Below, one piece after another: positions 13,271 to 24,679 of a DNA stretch of 60,000 nt. The position numbers and the translations under genes are program-made. This stretch comes from Amphiscolops sp. MND2022 (Eukaryota). The stretch covers positions 41,976,001-42,036,000 of the forward strand of contig OZ076413.1 of the NCBI GenBank assembly GCA_964187785.1. The letters are read 5' to 3'. A model generated the notes under the pieces. That model had not been told where the DNA came from, ran no database searches, and saw nothing but the letters and a program-made list of their open reading frames with translations. Each line of letters opens with the position of its first letter. Within the stretch, counting starts at the first letter, position 1.

Positions 13271-14279
13271 GTCCTGCACTTTTAAACGAGAATAGAGCAG
13301 CTTCAAAACCATCTATAAAAGCACGGGATCTTACTCCACGGTCCCTTACTGTCTCGGTGTCGTAGGCGGTTGCTATTAAATATTCGCCCAAAATTTCCAA
13401 TGCTATTTGATCGTAGCACTTCCCGCACCAATCGCAAAAGCTTGCTACATTTGGCATCACGGTGGGGAACAATCTGTGCATCTGTCTTTCACTGGTTGGG
13501 ATAAGTAGCAAATTGGTACTATGTCCCACATGAAAAGGGAAATTAAATACCTGTTGGTTATTGACCACTTGGGCTTGCTGATGCATATCCATTCTTCCGC
13601 TATTCGGGGGTATCTGTATCATCAATGGGGCATTGTTGTAGACTACCATATTGTCCACTGAAGTAGGGGCTGACATTTCTTGTTGGTTATAGTTACTTGG
13701 GTAGACTGTTTGATGATGGTTATTGAAGACATTGAGTTGTGGTATTTGGAAGTGACTTGCATTAGCCACGAAGTTCGGTGGGTAAGTAGCAGCTGGTCTG
13801 TTCACTGGTACGCTCCTTTGAGGATTGTCCCGGGGCGTTGGTAAAATAGCTGCTGTTGGTCTCCCATAGCTGTTTGTCGAACCTTCCTCCCTAACCTGAG
13901 GTTCCCAAGGTGACATTGGGGAATCTTCTAGTTCAGTGTCAATGAATGAGGTGGATGGGGATTCGTATATATGTTGATCTTCTTCCATCAAGTCCACTAA
14001 CTGGCGCTCAATTCTGGTTCCAGAAATGTCGATTACGTCATCTTCTCTTGATTCTCTTGTTGATGTAGGAAAAAGGGAAGCTGTAGCTGCTCCCATAAAG
14101 GCGGTCATGACATCAGATCGGGGGCCGCCAGGCCTGAATCGATCTTCTAATTCCGACACGTCTCCAGGATGGACAATAAATTCATCTCCAGAGTCACTTG
14201 AGACGTCAATTATGACGGGGGACAGAGAAGGTAGCATCAATTCTTCCTCAAGATTGAATTGTAGATTCTCCATTGGCAT
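13185..14279 (-). CDS. Accessory ORF in the env position (364 aa), acidic/Ser/Pro/Gln-rich with C-terminal CDWCGKC; function unknown
   Basis: Uninterrupted ATG-started ORF, same sense as pol, running into the 3' LTR. No signal peptide or TM segment visible. Confidence 0.7.
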   Translation of the reverse strand: MPMENLQFNLEEELMLPSLSPVIIDVSSDSGDEFIVHPGDVSELEDRFRPGGPRSDVMTAFMGAATASLFPTSTRESREDDVIDISGTRIERQLVDLMEEDQHIYESPSTSFIDTELEDSPMSPWEPQVREEGSTNSYGRPTAAILPTPRDNPQRSVPVNRPAATYPPNFVANASHFQIPQLNVFNNHHQTVYPSNYNQQEMSAPTSVDNMVVYNNAPLMIQIPPNSGRMDMHQQAQVVNNQQVFNFPFHVGHSTNLLLIPTSERQMHRLFPTVMPNVASFCDWCGKCYDQIALEILGEYLIATAYDTETVRDRGVRSRAFIDGFEAALFSFKSAGLSQPHTIILSHLQKNPKTTRGLETLKRS

Positions 14280-15192
14280 TGTGTGATCAGATAGTTTTGA
14301 AGAATGAAAATTACGAGCTTTATTGTTTTGGATTATCCCAATTGAGGTTTATTTCAGTTGAGCTACTGCTTCTAAGTTTCTAATGAGACCTTATGGTAGT
14401 CGTCCCATAAATCCCAGTTGTTTCCCATGATTCCCGCGGAAATACTGAGCGTCATGATTTCCATCTTGTCTGATATCCATATACGGGTTTTTAAGGAAAT
14501 ATAGTCGGATATTTCAAAGAGATGAGTTTGATCCGTATCCATCAATGAGGTGTAAACAATTCAATTTCAAGTGTCTTCTCAGTTTCATCTTGTAATATCA
14601 CACCTCTTACTGCTCACTATCTCACTGAGTTGATAATTTAAATGGTTTATCAACAACTTTCTTCCTTTTTAGGAAGATACATTAGGCTTGCAGTGAAACA
14701 AATATTCATGTTGTTTTGAACAGGGTTAATTCATCCAATATTACATGACTGGGTTGAAAGAAAATGATGAAAATGTTTCAGGAAAAAGTGTCAAACAGAT
14801 GTATCAAATATTAAATAATGAGTTCATCTATCTAATACATTCACACTTTCACCGGTCCTGCACTTAAAAGGTGCATAAGGGAGTTATATCTAACAATTTT
14901 TCACTCATTTTAAATTTCTCAAAAGATTAACATATGACATTGCCACGTAACGAGTGACCATATATCCTGGTAAATTCAGTTTTCACATTCGAAGGTAAAT
15001 TCATATTTCCGTACATCAAATAAAGATCATTGCCTAATAGTTCACTATTAGCTGAGAATAAGTTTGTTTTAATCACATGTACTACACATTTGGCCACGTA
15101 GTATTATTTGACTTTGTGTAGTCAAGAATGAATACTATCACGTCATCCTTTCGTTGGCCATCTCTTTTCTTCGCTGTTCGTTATTGTGTGTT

Positions 15193-15352
15193 ATTCCGCA
15201 TGGTGCCGTATATCCAACATCTTGTGATTCCGCATGATGCCGTATACACGGCGTTCATAATTCCGTATGATGCCGTATGCTCGGCACTCGTAATTCCGCA
15301 TAATGCCGCGTAATGTTGTGTCTGGAATCTATGATTCCGCATAATGCCGCAT
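15193..15352 (+). repeat. Array of five ~19-bp ATTCCGCATRATGCCGYAT motifs with variable spacers
   Basis: Copies start at 15193, 15227, 15260, 15293 and 15334. Confidence 0.85.
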
Positions 15353-15799
15353 GTTATATATTATAATACTGTATAGAAGCCACGTGCTCTTTTCGTTCAC
15401 TTTCGCTTGTAATGAGAATGGTTGATGAGTCAGTCGTTTACGTCAATTATGGAATCTTTCACTCTGGCAGAAGTGATTGACATTTAATTGACCAATCAGA
15501 TTTGAAAACCGCTCTATTTCCGTGTACGATATCTGTCACATTTTGCTCTTTTGCCTTTACTTGTACGCCACGCCTTTTCAATTTCTTGTGAATTAAACAT
15601 TTCTTTCAATTCTTCGATCACAGTCTTTTCAGCTTATTCTTGAAAAAAGTATAGTCGTAGTCATAGTCAGTTTCTTTAACAATTTTCTCTTGAATACTGC
15701 ACTTCCGAACATCTTCTAAACGCTCATTAAAGTTGTGCTTTCTTATTCTGCATTGGGTCATTGCTCATTGTTTTGTATTGTTGTTATCCTTTATTCGGG

Positions 15800-18700
15800 A
15801 TGGAATCTACTAGTCGGAGGAAATCGCGAAAAGATCAAATTTCGAGACGAGTGCCAGGATCGGGTGGATTCAAATCTCCTACAGAGACGTCTCCAGGTTG
15901 GTTCAACTTTTGTTTTGAGTTTTAATTTGTAGTGGAATTTGTTTTGGTTGAGGGATCATCGTGCAAAGCTGGCCAGGCTTGCAAAATGAAGTAACTAATT
16001 CACATTAGTCGATTTGTTTAGTTTAGTGTGAAAATAATTTTGTCACACATTGATTTTTTGGGGCGGAAGTAGCTTTGTGATCTTCAACCGCGTCCAGTTT
16101 CAAAGTTAATTCAATGCTACTTCCTGTAATTCTTTTGCCTTCGCTTCCGCTTTAAGCATTTGAACTTGTTTCAGTTGACCTGGGAGCGACTCAAACTTCA
16201 CCAGCACGATCGCCGACAAAAGTCTATACACCTCTAGAAGCTGTGTCACCAACAACTCAGAATCCTCCCGAAGATTTACCAATCCAGGAAACTTCCACAG
16301 GAAGTAACGAAGGGATTGATCGAGTTCTCGCCACAAGTTTAGATGAATCCGCAGGGTCAGGTCAACTTTTGATCCACGATACTACTAATGGTTCTTCAGA
16401 GATACCCATTGAGGAAATTGTATTGTCTGACAAGAATGTTACTTTGACTGAAGACAACGATCAGACTTTGGCAACCACCATGAGCCGAACGTTGAAGAAC
16501 TGCCACAGGTTACTTTTACCACCAACTCTCCTCGCTTCACTGAATTCATAAACATGGTCCGAGATGCAACTACCTCTAGTCCAAAATTGGATAGGCCTGA
16601 TATTGATCAACCTCATACTTCTTCCAAAGGAAATCCGCCGACTGACCTGGCAGAAAGGGAAAATAGAGAAAGAGACGAAGAGCTGCCTGAGTCCATTGAA
16701 GATATTCCTGATACCTTACATTCCAGAGACAGTGTTGAACCCGAAGAAGAAACAATACAACAAGTTACTGTCACGCGGCAAGAAGTTTTAGCGCTTTCAA
16801 GCGTATTGGATAAGATCCCGAAAACTGCCTTAGTGAGAGGAGATCGTAACGTTCCAGAAAACATCACTCTTACTGTTGTTGGACAAGCTAAAAACCCACC
16901 AGTTCAAGACGTACAAAGTACCAGCCAGGGTGAAACAGTGAAACAACAGAACATCCTCCCGATGATTTGCGTCCCCATTCCAGTTCTGAAGAACTTCCGT
17001 TGGCACGGGGCAAAAGACGAAGACCAAAGTACTCGCTAACTTCAGCCATGTTGAAGAAACATCCTGTCGTCCAATATTTCGCCACTGGACCACTCGACAG
17101 AAACAAAAACCCATACAAATGGTGGTGTCGAGTTTGCAAGATAGAGCTGTCTCTGATGAGCAGAGGGGTTTTGGAATTATTGTCCCATTACAAAACTGAA
17201 GCTCATTTGACAAAGGAACATAGGATCCGCTTAGAAACTCCTGGGTTACCTCTATTCGACCAAGAAGAAAATGAACTGCGGGGAATAGGACTGCAAGAAG
17301 CGAAGCGGAGAGCTAGAGAGGCACATCCAATCGCTCCTCAATTAGATGGGTGCCGATTATTAGTCGGGCAAGAGCGGTTGTCTGAGTTCAGTTCTGTCAC
17401 CAGCCCGAGTGAAAGTGTTCTGGCTCAAATCTGCATTCTCGAGAATGGATTCCGCCATGGTGGACACATAAATGTCCTGCTCGGACTCTGGGAGGACATG
17501 ACAAGATTGTCACCAAGCAGCAGTGCCCATATCACCACTCACAAATGGAGTCAACACCGCATTTATGTAAGTACTTTTCTATTCCCCTTTTATTCTACTC
17601 ATGTTTTGAGGGTTACAATTCTATCCTTCTGTTTAGGCTATCGTTACATATATGTTCCGCGAACTAATGCATTATTGTGTCGTGACTACTGGGACAGCTG
17701 GAGTTTGTTCTCTATCTTATGAGAGTTCTCTTACCAAAAATTTCCTCTTCCTGAGTTTCTGGTCGGGGAACGTTTATTACCAAGTTTGTCTTGGGTCTGG
17801 GCCCCGCGGGTTATTGTTACCCAAAAGACTTCTTTCCTTGCTCTCGTCTTACTTCAGTCTATCAGAAAATCCACCGTCTTGCCATAGCCTCGTTAATTTT
17901 GACGAGAGTTTAGCAACTTGCCTTACTCGGTCACTGTCTGGGAAAACTTGCCCAATGGTCGTCAATTGGTTTGGAGTTACTGAGTTAGAAAAATGCTTAT
18001 CCATGCCAACATCCAGGATCCTTGAGCGACACGACTTCAGGACGATTTTGGATTTCTTGCTCATGAAACTGAGAACCGCGCTGGACCAGGAGTGGTTGCA
18101 GTCAATACCCGTATTACACAAGGTACACTTTTCCGTTTTACTTTGTCTCAAAATGCACTTTCAACTTCTAGCGTCATGGTACCCCTCTTTTTAGTGCGTA
18201 ACACACTTGACATACACTCTAGAGGATGCCTCATCCATCATAGCCCTGTTATCTGCACACTGGGACAGGGTGTTGGATCACCTGAATCTGGTTTCCCGAT
18301 TACCAACCTTCCGTTACCACATGCGTGAGGTAATATTTCGTTTTTGGTTTCCTTTTGTAGCCGTAATTAATTTGTTGATTAACCGTTTCGGTTTTTTAGC
18401 CCAGTACGTTAGACGAATGTTCCCGGCTCGATACGGCGTACCTGGCCCGGCTTTTCGTCATTCGGTGTGTTTTGGATCACTGTTAGTATTCTTTTATCAC
18501 TTGTTTTCGTTGTGTTTTTATATCAGTAGTATGGCTTTTCATCGTAGTTTTCTTTCACGCAGTTGTGACTTGCGATTATCCTTAGGTCATGCTTCTTTGA
18601 ATAACACACCAAGGCTGCGGGATGCCGTATGTACTTCTACCCTTTTTTCCGCATGATACCGCATATGCGGCGTCCCTGTTTCCGCATGATGCCGCATATT

Positions 18701-19969
18701 TTGGTGAAGGGTAGAACGTAAAACTGCTAAAACCGTAGGATACCGCATATGGTCTAAGTATATACCGTACCATACAGTATAGTGAAGTTGGTGGCAGCCT
18801 AACCAGATGTGACTCATGGTTTTGCTTTTATCATTTTTGGATGTTATGCTATTTGTGTTACAGACAACTCACCATTTTCTGAAGCACCAACTGGGTATGA
18901 AGCTGGATTTCGCTTGTTTAACCAGTTTGCGGTATTCGTTTATTCCCAGCTCCAAAGTATACTTCCAGATAGTATCCTGGGCAGTGTCTCCGACTGGGAC
19001 AGTTATCTGAAGCTCGATTTAACCCAGCCTGGTCTCCCTTTCAAGAGCTGTGATGAATTCGTTCGGAACTCTGATTTTCATGAGTTAGGGACTTCCAGCA
19101 AGCTGCCAAGACCCAGTAAATTCATCGAACAGTCGATTGCTTTTTACAAAGCATTTTGTCGAATACTGTTGCAGCATAAGATTGCGACTTCAGATTTAAT
19201 TAGAGGTTTATCCAGTTTCGATTCTGCCATGATGCTTGATGGTGAAGAGAAAAATTATCTGCCTGCAATTGAGATGCTGACGACTTACTTCTCTTCCCAT
19301 GGCTGGATCACAGTTAGTGATAAAACAAAAGCTGTGAGTCAATACAGGTCTTTGGTTACGAAATTTCCTTCGAGTCAGGTCTGCCGGCCAGATGATTGGT
19401 TTGAATTCCTTTGTTCCTGTTATGAATTACATTGCCGACCAGAGCTACATCGGGTATTTAAGTACTCCTGTCTGTGTTTGCCACCGAAAGCGAAGATCAC
19501 TAGTCAATTTGTTGTACCCATGCCGGAATTGGGACCCGACGAAGAGGTATTTCATTCATGCATTTCGAGTATCCAGCTGGCCTACAAGACTGTCCCAAAC
19601 GTGTCAAGTCTATTCCGAGACCCTCGATCGCTCAGTCGTGTGTTTCGTCTTATCGGGCGAGGACGTGATTTATTGGAAGCTCGCAAGTTTTCTTTTTGGA
19701 ACTTTTTAAAAGGTAGCGGTCCAAGACGAGTCAGATTTCAGACTAAATTAGAAAGTTCATACAAGAGTGCCGCTGTGAGACGAGAAGAAGATCCTTTCTC
19801 TGTCGACCCCGATGTTTCTGTTTTGAGTAGAGTATCCAGCACTACGAGTTCCCCAGATTCTCAGCCAGTTTTTGGGAAGGCTACAATGTCTCTATCCCGC
19901 TGCGCCGAAGGAGGAAATGATGGTGCCAGAAAAACAAAAGGGACGAGTGGAAAGGCTAAGAAGAACTAA
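15800..19969 (+). CDS. Antisense multi-exon gene (~1100 aa): disordered N-terminus, BED-like Zn finger, hAT-transposase-like C-terminus; two frameshifts in this copy
   Basis: Exons 15800-15896, 16175-17566, 17637-18122, 18195-18329, 18400-18464, 18527-~18626 and ~18864-19969. The first five introns are GT-AG and phase-compatible; the last junction is unresolved. Motif WWCRVCK-x-SRGVLELLSHYKTEAH. Confidence 0.75.
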
Positions 19970-20141
19970 AGCAGTCTTGCTTCTGTAGACTTTGTTTCTT
20001 TGTTTTCGTCTCATAGGAGACATTTGTTATGATTATATTTCGTTTGTCTTGCTTTATTATTATTGAGTGTGCAAGAAAAGAGAAAAATGCTGGGAGTATA
20101 AAGACAGTATAAGATAAAGTTTCGTCTGAGAATTGTTTTCA

Positions 20142-20773
20142 TTAATATCTGTATGTGTCTGAGTAGTTTGGGTAAGGGTTAGGACGTAAGTTATATTTAT
20201 CACCACGGGTATTTATGGGTTCTTCTTGTGAAGGGGTATTTTGTGGATTTTCTGGTGTTTTTTGAATATCATCGTCAAGTGAATTATTTGCATCTTTTTG
20301 GGTTTTTTGGGTACTTTGATCATCTTCAATGGTTTGCTGTGGTATTTCATTTTCATGGTTTTCATCCAGTTCAGTGGTCTGTTCCACTGGGCTCCCCCAC
20401 TATTTTTTGAAGATCCTGGGGAGGGTGGGCGGTTTTCTTCGGGTATTTGAATTGGAATGTATTCTGTGTCTTCAGTATTTAATGGATATTCTGAAGGAGC
20501 ATCATCAAAAGGGTTTGGACCAAAGTTCGTGTTCCATGATTGGGCGTATAGATCATCATTTGTTATAGGCATTTGGTCATCTTTTTGCCAATTGGTTTCT
20601 CGGACAAAAATGTCTGCTAAGGGCGCTTGCGGAGTGAATCCTGTGTAACAGTTGCGTTTTGTTAGTCCCGAGTCTCCGGACGATGTAGTTATTGCTGGGA
20701 GCACTTTTTCTACTTTATATGGCCCGCACCATCTGAATTCTCGGAATGGTATTTTTTTCGCTTGAGTATCAGC
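20142..20773 (-). pseudogene. Frameshifted C-terminal tail of the Gypsy pol
   Basis: Continues the integrase in broken frames and ends KYNLRPNPYPNYSDTYRY. Confidence 0.8.
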
Positions 20774-23700
20774 TTATGGATTTAGAATGTAGCAGTAATC
20801 CGTTGTTTCGAGCGGGGCTGCTTTCGCTTTGCGATCATAGTAAGCTTTGTATTTGAGGTATGATTGCATGATGTTCTTTTTGGTTTGATCTAGAAGGATT
20901 CTCATGCGTTTTTGAATTTCTTTCGCTACATCTGCTTGCGGTTGGTATCTTGGGTTAGGATTGTATCCAAGTTGGTAGTCTAGGATATTGTGTGGTATCC
21001 TACCATGGAAGACTCGTGAAGGTTCACAACCGAGTGATGCATGGTATGTGGTGTTGTGATTGAGGACTGCCAAGGGGAGATATTTATGCCAGTTGTTCCT
21101 GAATTCGCCTGTTGCGGCTTTTAGGTGCATTTTCACTGATGCATGTGTTCTCTCAAGGAGTCCTATTATTTGGGCATGTTTCATTGTTGCGTGTTTCATT
21201 TCAATTCCAAGTACTGCCGCAACTTCGTGAGTTATTTGTGCATTGAATTGAGAGCCTAAATCCGTAATTATCGTTGTTGGAAGGTATGTGTGTTTGCATA
21301 AGATGTCCATGATAACACTTGATACTGCTGTTGCAGTAATACGAGTTACAGGGTAGGCAAACAAGTATTTTGAGAAGACATCTATTGCTGTGATAATATG
21401 GTCATAGCCTCCACTAGGGGGAAGGTTTGGTAAAATGTCCATTTGCAAAATGTCTTCCGGACCGAGATCCCATTCCGGACAATTAAGAAGTTCTGTCCTT
21501 AGGAGATCGTTGTTTATGCGTTTCATTTGGATGCAGGTTTGGCAATTACTAACCCATTTTTTGATGTACTTTGCCATACATGGGTAGTAGTATTTTTGTC
21601 TTGCTTCTTGAATCATTTTCGTAATTCCTGGATGGTTTGAATTGTGACCATGTAAGGCTTGAAGAAATTCGTCTAGGAGTTGGATTGGTAGGAGGATTGG
21701 GTAGTGAGATATAGTTCCAGTGTCGGTATAGTATTTTCGTGTGAGAACTTCCTGTTTAATTTCTTTTCGTGTTATGTTCTGTAAGTAGTGCTGGTATCGG
21801 TAGTCTGATGCTAGTTCATTCTCGTCAAAAGGGTTTCCTTCGAGTTTTGCTCTGAGGTTTCTTAGGACTATGTCGTTATTCTGCTCAAGGCGGATTCTTG
21901 CATTGTCCTTAAAGTATCCCGAAGAGCAGGAGATCAGACCTGATGTAGGTTTGTGGAATTGTTGTAGCTCGGAAACAGCATTTTCTGGATCATTGTGTGT
22001 TTCGGTTTGTGCTTGATTTCGAATGTTTTGTTTTTCTTCCCATAATTGATTTTCGTCATTTTCATCATCTGGGAGGACATAGATTTGTTCTTCTTCGACG
22101 ATGCCAGTTGATTGGATGTCCACCTCAATCGCTTTCGTGTGAATGTCGTTGCTGATTGTCAGTTCCAGTTTTTCTGTTGGGTCGACTTCCGTTCTAGATA
22201 AGAAGTCGGCAGCAGTGTTCATTGTTCCAGCTACGTGGGCGATCACGAAGTTGTATTGCAATACATAATCGCAGGCATTCCAAAGTGCTGGAGGGATCAT
22301 TTTTGTTTGAAAAAATCGGGTTACAGATCGATTGTCAGTAAACACGATTACTGGGAAGGTACTACCCCACATGAGATGTCCGACTTCAACAAATGCAAAA
22401 TATATTGACAAAAATTCCTTTGCATAAATTGACATTTTCGTCTGTGTAGGGTTGAAAGTTTTTGAACCAAAAGCTATGGGTGCATATGTTTTGCGTTTTG
22501 ATTGGAGCTTCTGGTTTGGGTCATCCTCTATCATGATAGCATATCCAGCTGCTGTGAAACTTGCATCGGACATGACTATAAGTTGCTTGTTTTTCAGTGG
22601 TTGTTTTAGTGCTAACTGGCAAGAATTTTCTAGGAGTTTGTTGAGGTTCGTGAAGTCTTCTACCAAATTTGTCGGTACATAGAATTTGGAAGTTTCTTTG
22701 AGGAGCTTGAAGAACGGTGAGAGCCGTTCCGAAAGTCGTGGTATGTAATTTCGGTAATAGTTTAAAAATCCAATATACCTCTGTAACGCCTTTTTTGATT
22801 TCGGGAAGCGAAGCTTTGAGGGGAAGTCTTTTACTTTGTCGGCTTGAGGGGCAACTCCATCTGGTGTGACTGTGCGTCCCAGAAAGTCGACCTGTTTCAC
22901 TCCAAAGTGGCATTTTGACATGGAGAGTTTTAGTCCTGCATCGCGTATGCGTTCAAAGACAGTTCTAATATTCGTACACAGTTGTTTTGTGTCATTTGCA
23001 TCAACATACTGTGCACATTGGTCTGCTTCAATTGCTCTGTCCAGGTACTCTCTCATAAAACTTGAAAAGGCAGAAAGTGATCTGCTGAGGCCCTGGGCAA
23101 GGCGACGATAAGCGAATGTTCTACTGGCAAAGTTGAAGGCGAGCATTTGGATGGATTGGTAATCCGCCATCTGCAGGCAGTGGTAAGCTTGGGAGCAGTC
23201 CAATTTGCAGAAAAGCTTTTTCCCTGCCATATGTTGGGCCGCGTCCGATAAGGTGCTTACTGGGTGGTTGTTGTTAACGTAATCTTCGGTGATGAGGTTG
23301 TTGATTTTTCGTAGGTCAACAAGGAGTCTGAGACGCCCGTTAGGCTTGCGTTGTGCAAATATTGGGCTTGCGTATTTAGAAAAAGGTAGTGTTGTAATGA
23401 TGCCATACTTATGTAGGAGTGCGAGTTCCACTGTAATGTCATCTTTAAGATTGATAGGAGTTGGCAGACTTTGGCTGTAAGCAGGTCTGTCATCGTTTGG
23501 CGTTAGTTTTACTTTGAATTCACGATTTATGCCAATGTCGAAACGGTGTCTGGCAAAAATATCATGAAATTCAATGAGGATTTTTTCAATTTCTTTCCGT
23601 TCGTCAGGGCTGAGTGTTGCGTCAGTCCAGTCGAAGTTTGAAAGGAAAACTTTTCTGGAATTTTCATCATCTTGTGGGTTTAGTTTTTCAAGTTCTTTGA

Positions 23701-24679
23701 GTTCTAGGAGTTCTTTGTAGATTCGTTGTTGAATTGGAGTGTATGTTGCTGGGTCACCTGGTTCTTCATGAGTAGGGAACCAGTATGTCTCCCGTTCTGA
23801 GTTCGTTTTTGGAACTTTGAGAAGTTCGTTTATGTAGACGTCCGTTGTTTCCTCATGTTGTATCATGAAGGACAGTAACGCTGGTTCTACTGGCTGTATA
23901 TGTTTTTTTTGTTCTGGTGTCTGTATCTTGAAATCCGCTAAATGGGTATCAAGGGTTATTGTATATGGTAACTCAGAGAAATTAATGATTTGGTATCCAA
24001 TAGCATTATTGTTGACTGTACTGAGTGACGCTGTGATGAAGATGCTATCGTGATTTTCGAACTGATGTGATGGGGTGACTATTCCAGTTGCGTCATGGTC
24101 CATCAGATGGGGCATTCTGCCTGCAATTGCTAGGGTTTCGCCTGGTTGCAAGGTATATGTATTTTCTGCAAACAATGGTGTTGCTTGTCGTATTGATGTT
24201 TGGGTGTCGGGTTTAGGCTGCATTGAAAGGTAGGGGAAGGTTAGGATGCCTTGGGTGACATCAAAGATTGCGTTATTTCTACGGAAAAAGCACAATCCAA
24301 TTAACGGGTTTGGTAAGTTTTTCATTTTGATGAAATTTTCCTTCAACATGAAGTCGGCCACTTCAAATTCAAGTAGAACAGTACCAATCGGGACTTCCAG
24401 TTGTCCATTGGCCACCATAATTTGAAAGTTTGCTGGGGGACCAGTTTCCTTGATTGCTTCATTTGCTAGCAACTTGATTTTGTTGAGGTCTTGTTCGGAG
24501 ATTGCACTTGTAAGGGCTCCGGTATCGATAAGACCATCAAGAGTAAGTTTTTCGAAGTCCATTAGAATGTAGTACATGTGGCGTTTTCGCTTCAATGTCA
24601 AGGAGGTTGTTGAGATTGGTAGATATGACAATATTCGTTCTTTGTCAAATTGTATGTGTTCAGAGAGGTCTTCATTCAA
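20774..24679 (-). CDS. Gypsy pol (protease, RT, RNase H, integrase); RT active site damaged
   Basis: LIDTGA; RLLVDLRKIN, KLDCSQAYH, QYVDAND; MSDAS, VFTDNRS; HPGI..CQTC, QMDIL, ITDLGSQF, LLERTH. Confidence 0.96.
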   Translation of the reverse strand: MNEDLSEHIQFDKERILSYLPISTTSLTLKRKRHMYYILMDFEKLTLDGLIDTGALTSAISEQDLNKIKLLANEAIKETGPPANFQIMVANGQLEVPIGTVLLEFEVADFMLKENFIKMKNLPNPLIGLCFFRRNNAIFDVTQGILTFPYLSMQPKPDTQTSIRQATPLFAENTYTLQPGETLAIAGRMPHLMDHDATGIVTPSHQFENHDSIFITASLSTVNNNAIGYQIINFSELPYTITLDTHLADFKIQTPEQKKHIQPVEPALLSFMIQHEETTDVYINELLKVPKTNSERETYWFPTHEEPGDPATYTPIQQRIYKELLELKELEKLNPQDDENSRKVFLSNFDWTDATLSPDERKEIEKILIEFHDIFARHRFDIGINREFKVKLTPNDDRPAYSQSLPTPINLKDDITVELALLHKYGIITTLPFSKYASPIFAQRKPNGRLRLLVDLRKINNLITEDYVNNNHPVSTLSDAAQHMAGKKLFCKLDCSQAYHCLQMADYQSIQMLAFNFASRTFAYRRLAQGLSRSLSAFSSFMREYLDRAIEADQCAQYVDANDTKQLCTNIRTVFERIRDAGLKLSMSKCHFGVKQVDFLGRTVTPDGVAPQADKVKDFPSKLRFPKSKKALQRYIGFLNYYRNYIPRLSERLSPFFKLLKETSKFYVPTNLVEDFTNLNKLLENSCQLALKQPLKNKQLIVMSDASFTAAGYAIMIEDDPNQKLQSKRKTYAPIAFGSKTFNPTQTKMSIYAKEFLSIYFAFVEVGHLMWGSTFPVIVFTDNRSVTRFFQTKMIPPALWNACDYVLQYNFVIAHVAGTMNTAADFLSRTEVDPTEKLELTISNDIHTKAIEVDIQSTGIVEEEQIYVLPDDENDENQLWEEKQNIRNQAQTETHNDPENAVSELQQFHKPTSGLISCSSGYFKDNARIRLEQNNDIVLRNLRAKLEGNPFDENELASDYRYQHYLQNITRKEIKQEVLTRKYYTDTGTISHYPILLPIQLLDEFLQALHGHNSNHPGITKMIQEARQKYYYPCMAKYIKKWVSNCQTCIQMKRINNDLLRTELLNCPEWDLGPEDILQMDILPNLPPSGGYDHIITAIDVFSKYLFAYPVTRITATAVSSVIMDILCKHTYLPTTIITDLGSQFNAQITHEVAAVLGIEMKHATMKHAQIIGLLERTHASVKMHLKAATGEFRNNWHKYLPLAVLNHNTTYHASLGCEPSRVFHGRIPHNILDYQLGYNPNPRYQPQADVAKEIQKRMRILLDQTKKNIMQSYLKYKAYYDRKAKAAPLETTDYCYILNP

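Noticed and set aside
13185..14279. Envelope gene
   Set aside because: No signal peptide, furin site or TM anchor is visible.
15193..15352. CRISPR-like repeat-spacer array
   Set aside because: Repeats are degenerate 19-mers with 14-22-nt spacers, there are no cas genes, and the context is a eukaryotic retrotransposon.
15800..19969. Independently inserted autonomous hAT transposon
   Set aside because: No TIRs or 8-bp TSD were found by eye, catalytic residues are not evident, and the region shares a motif with the LTRs. Not fully excluded without sister copies.
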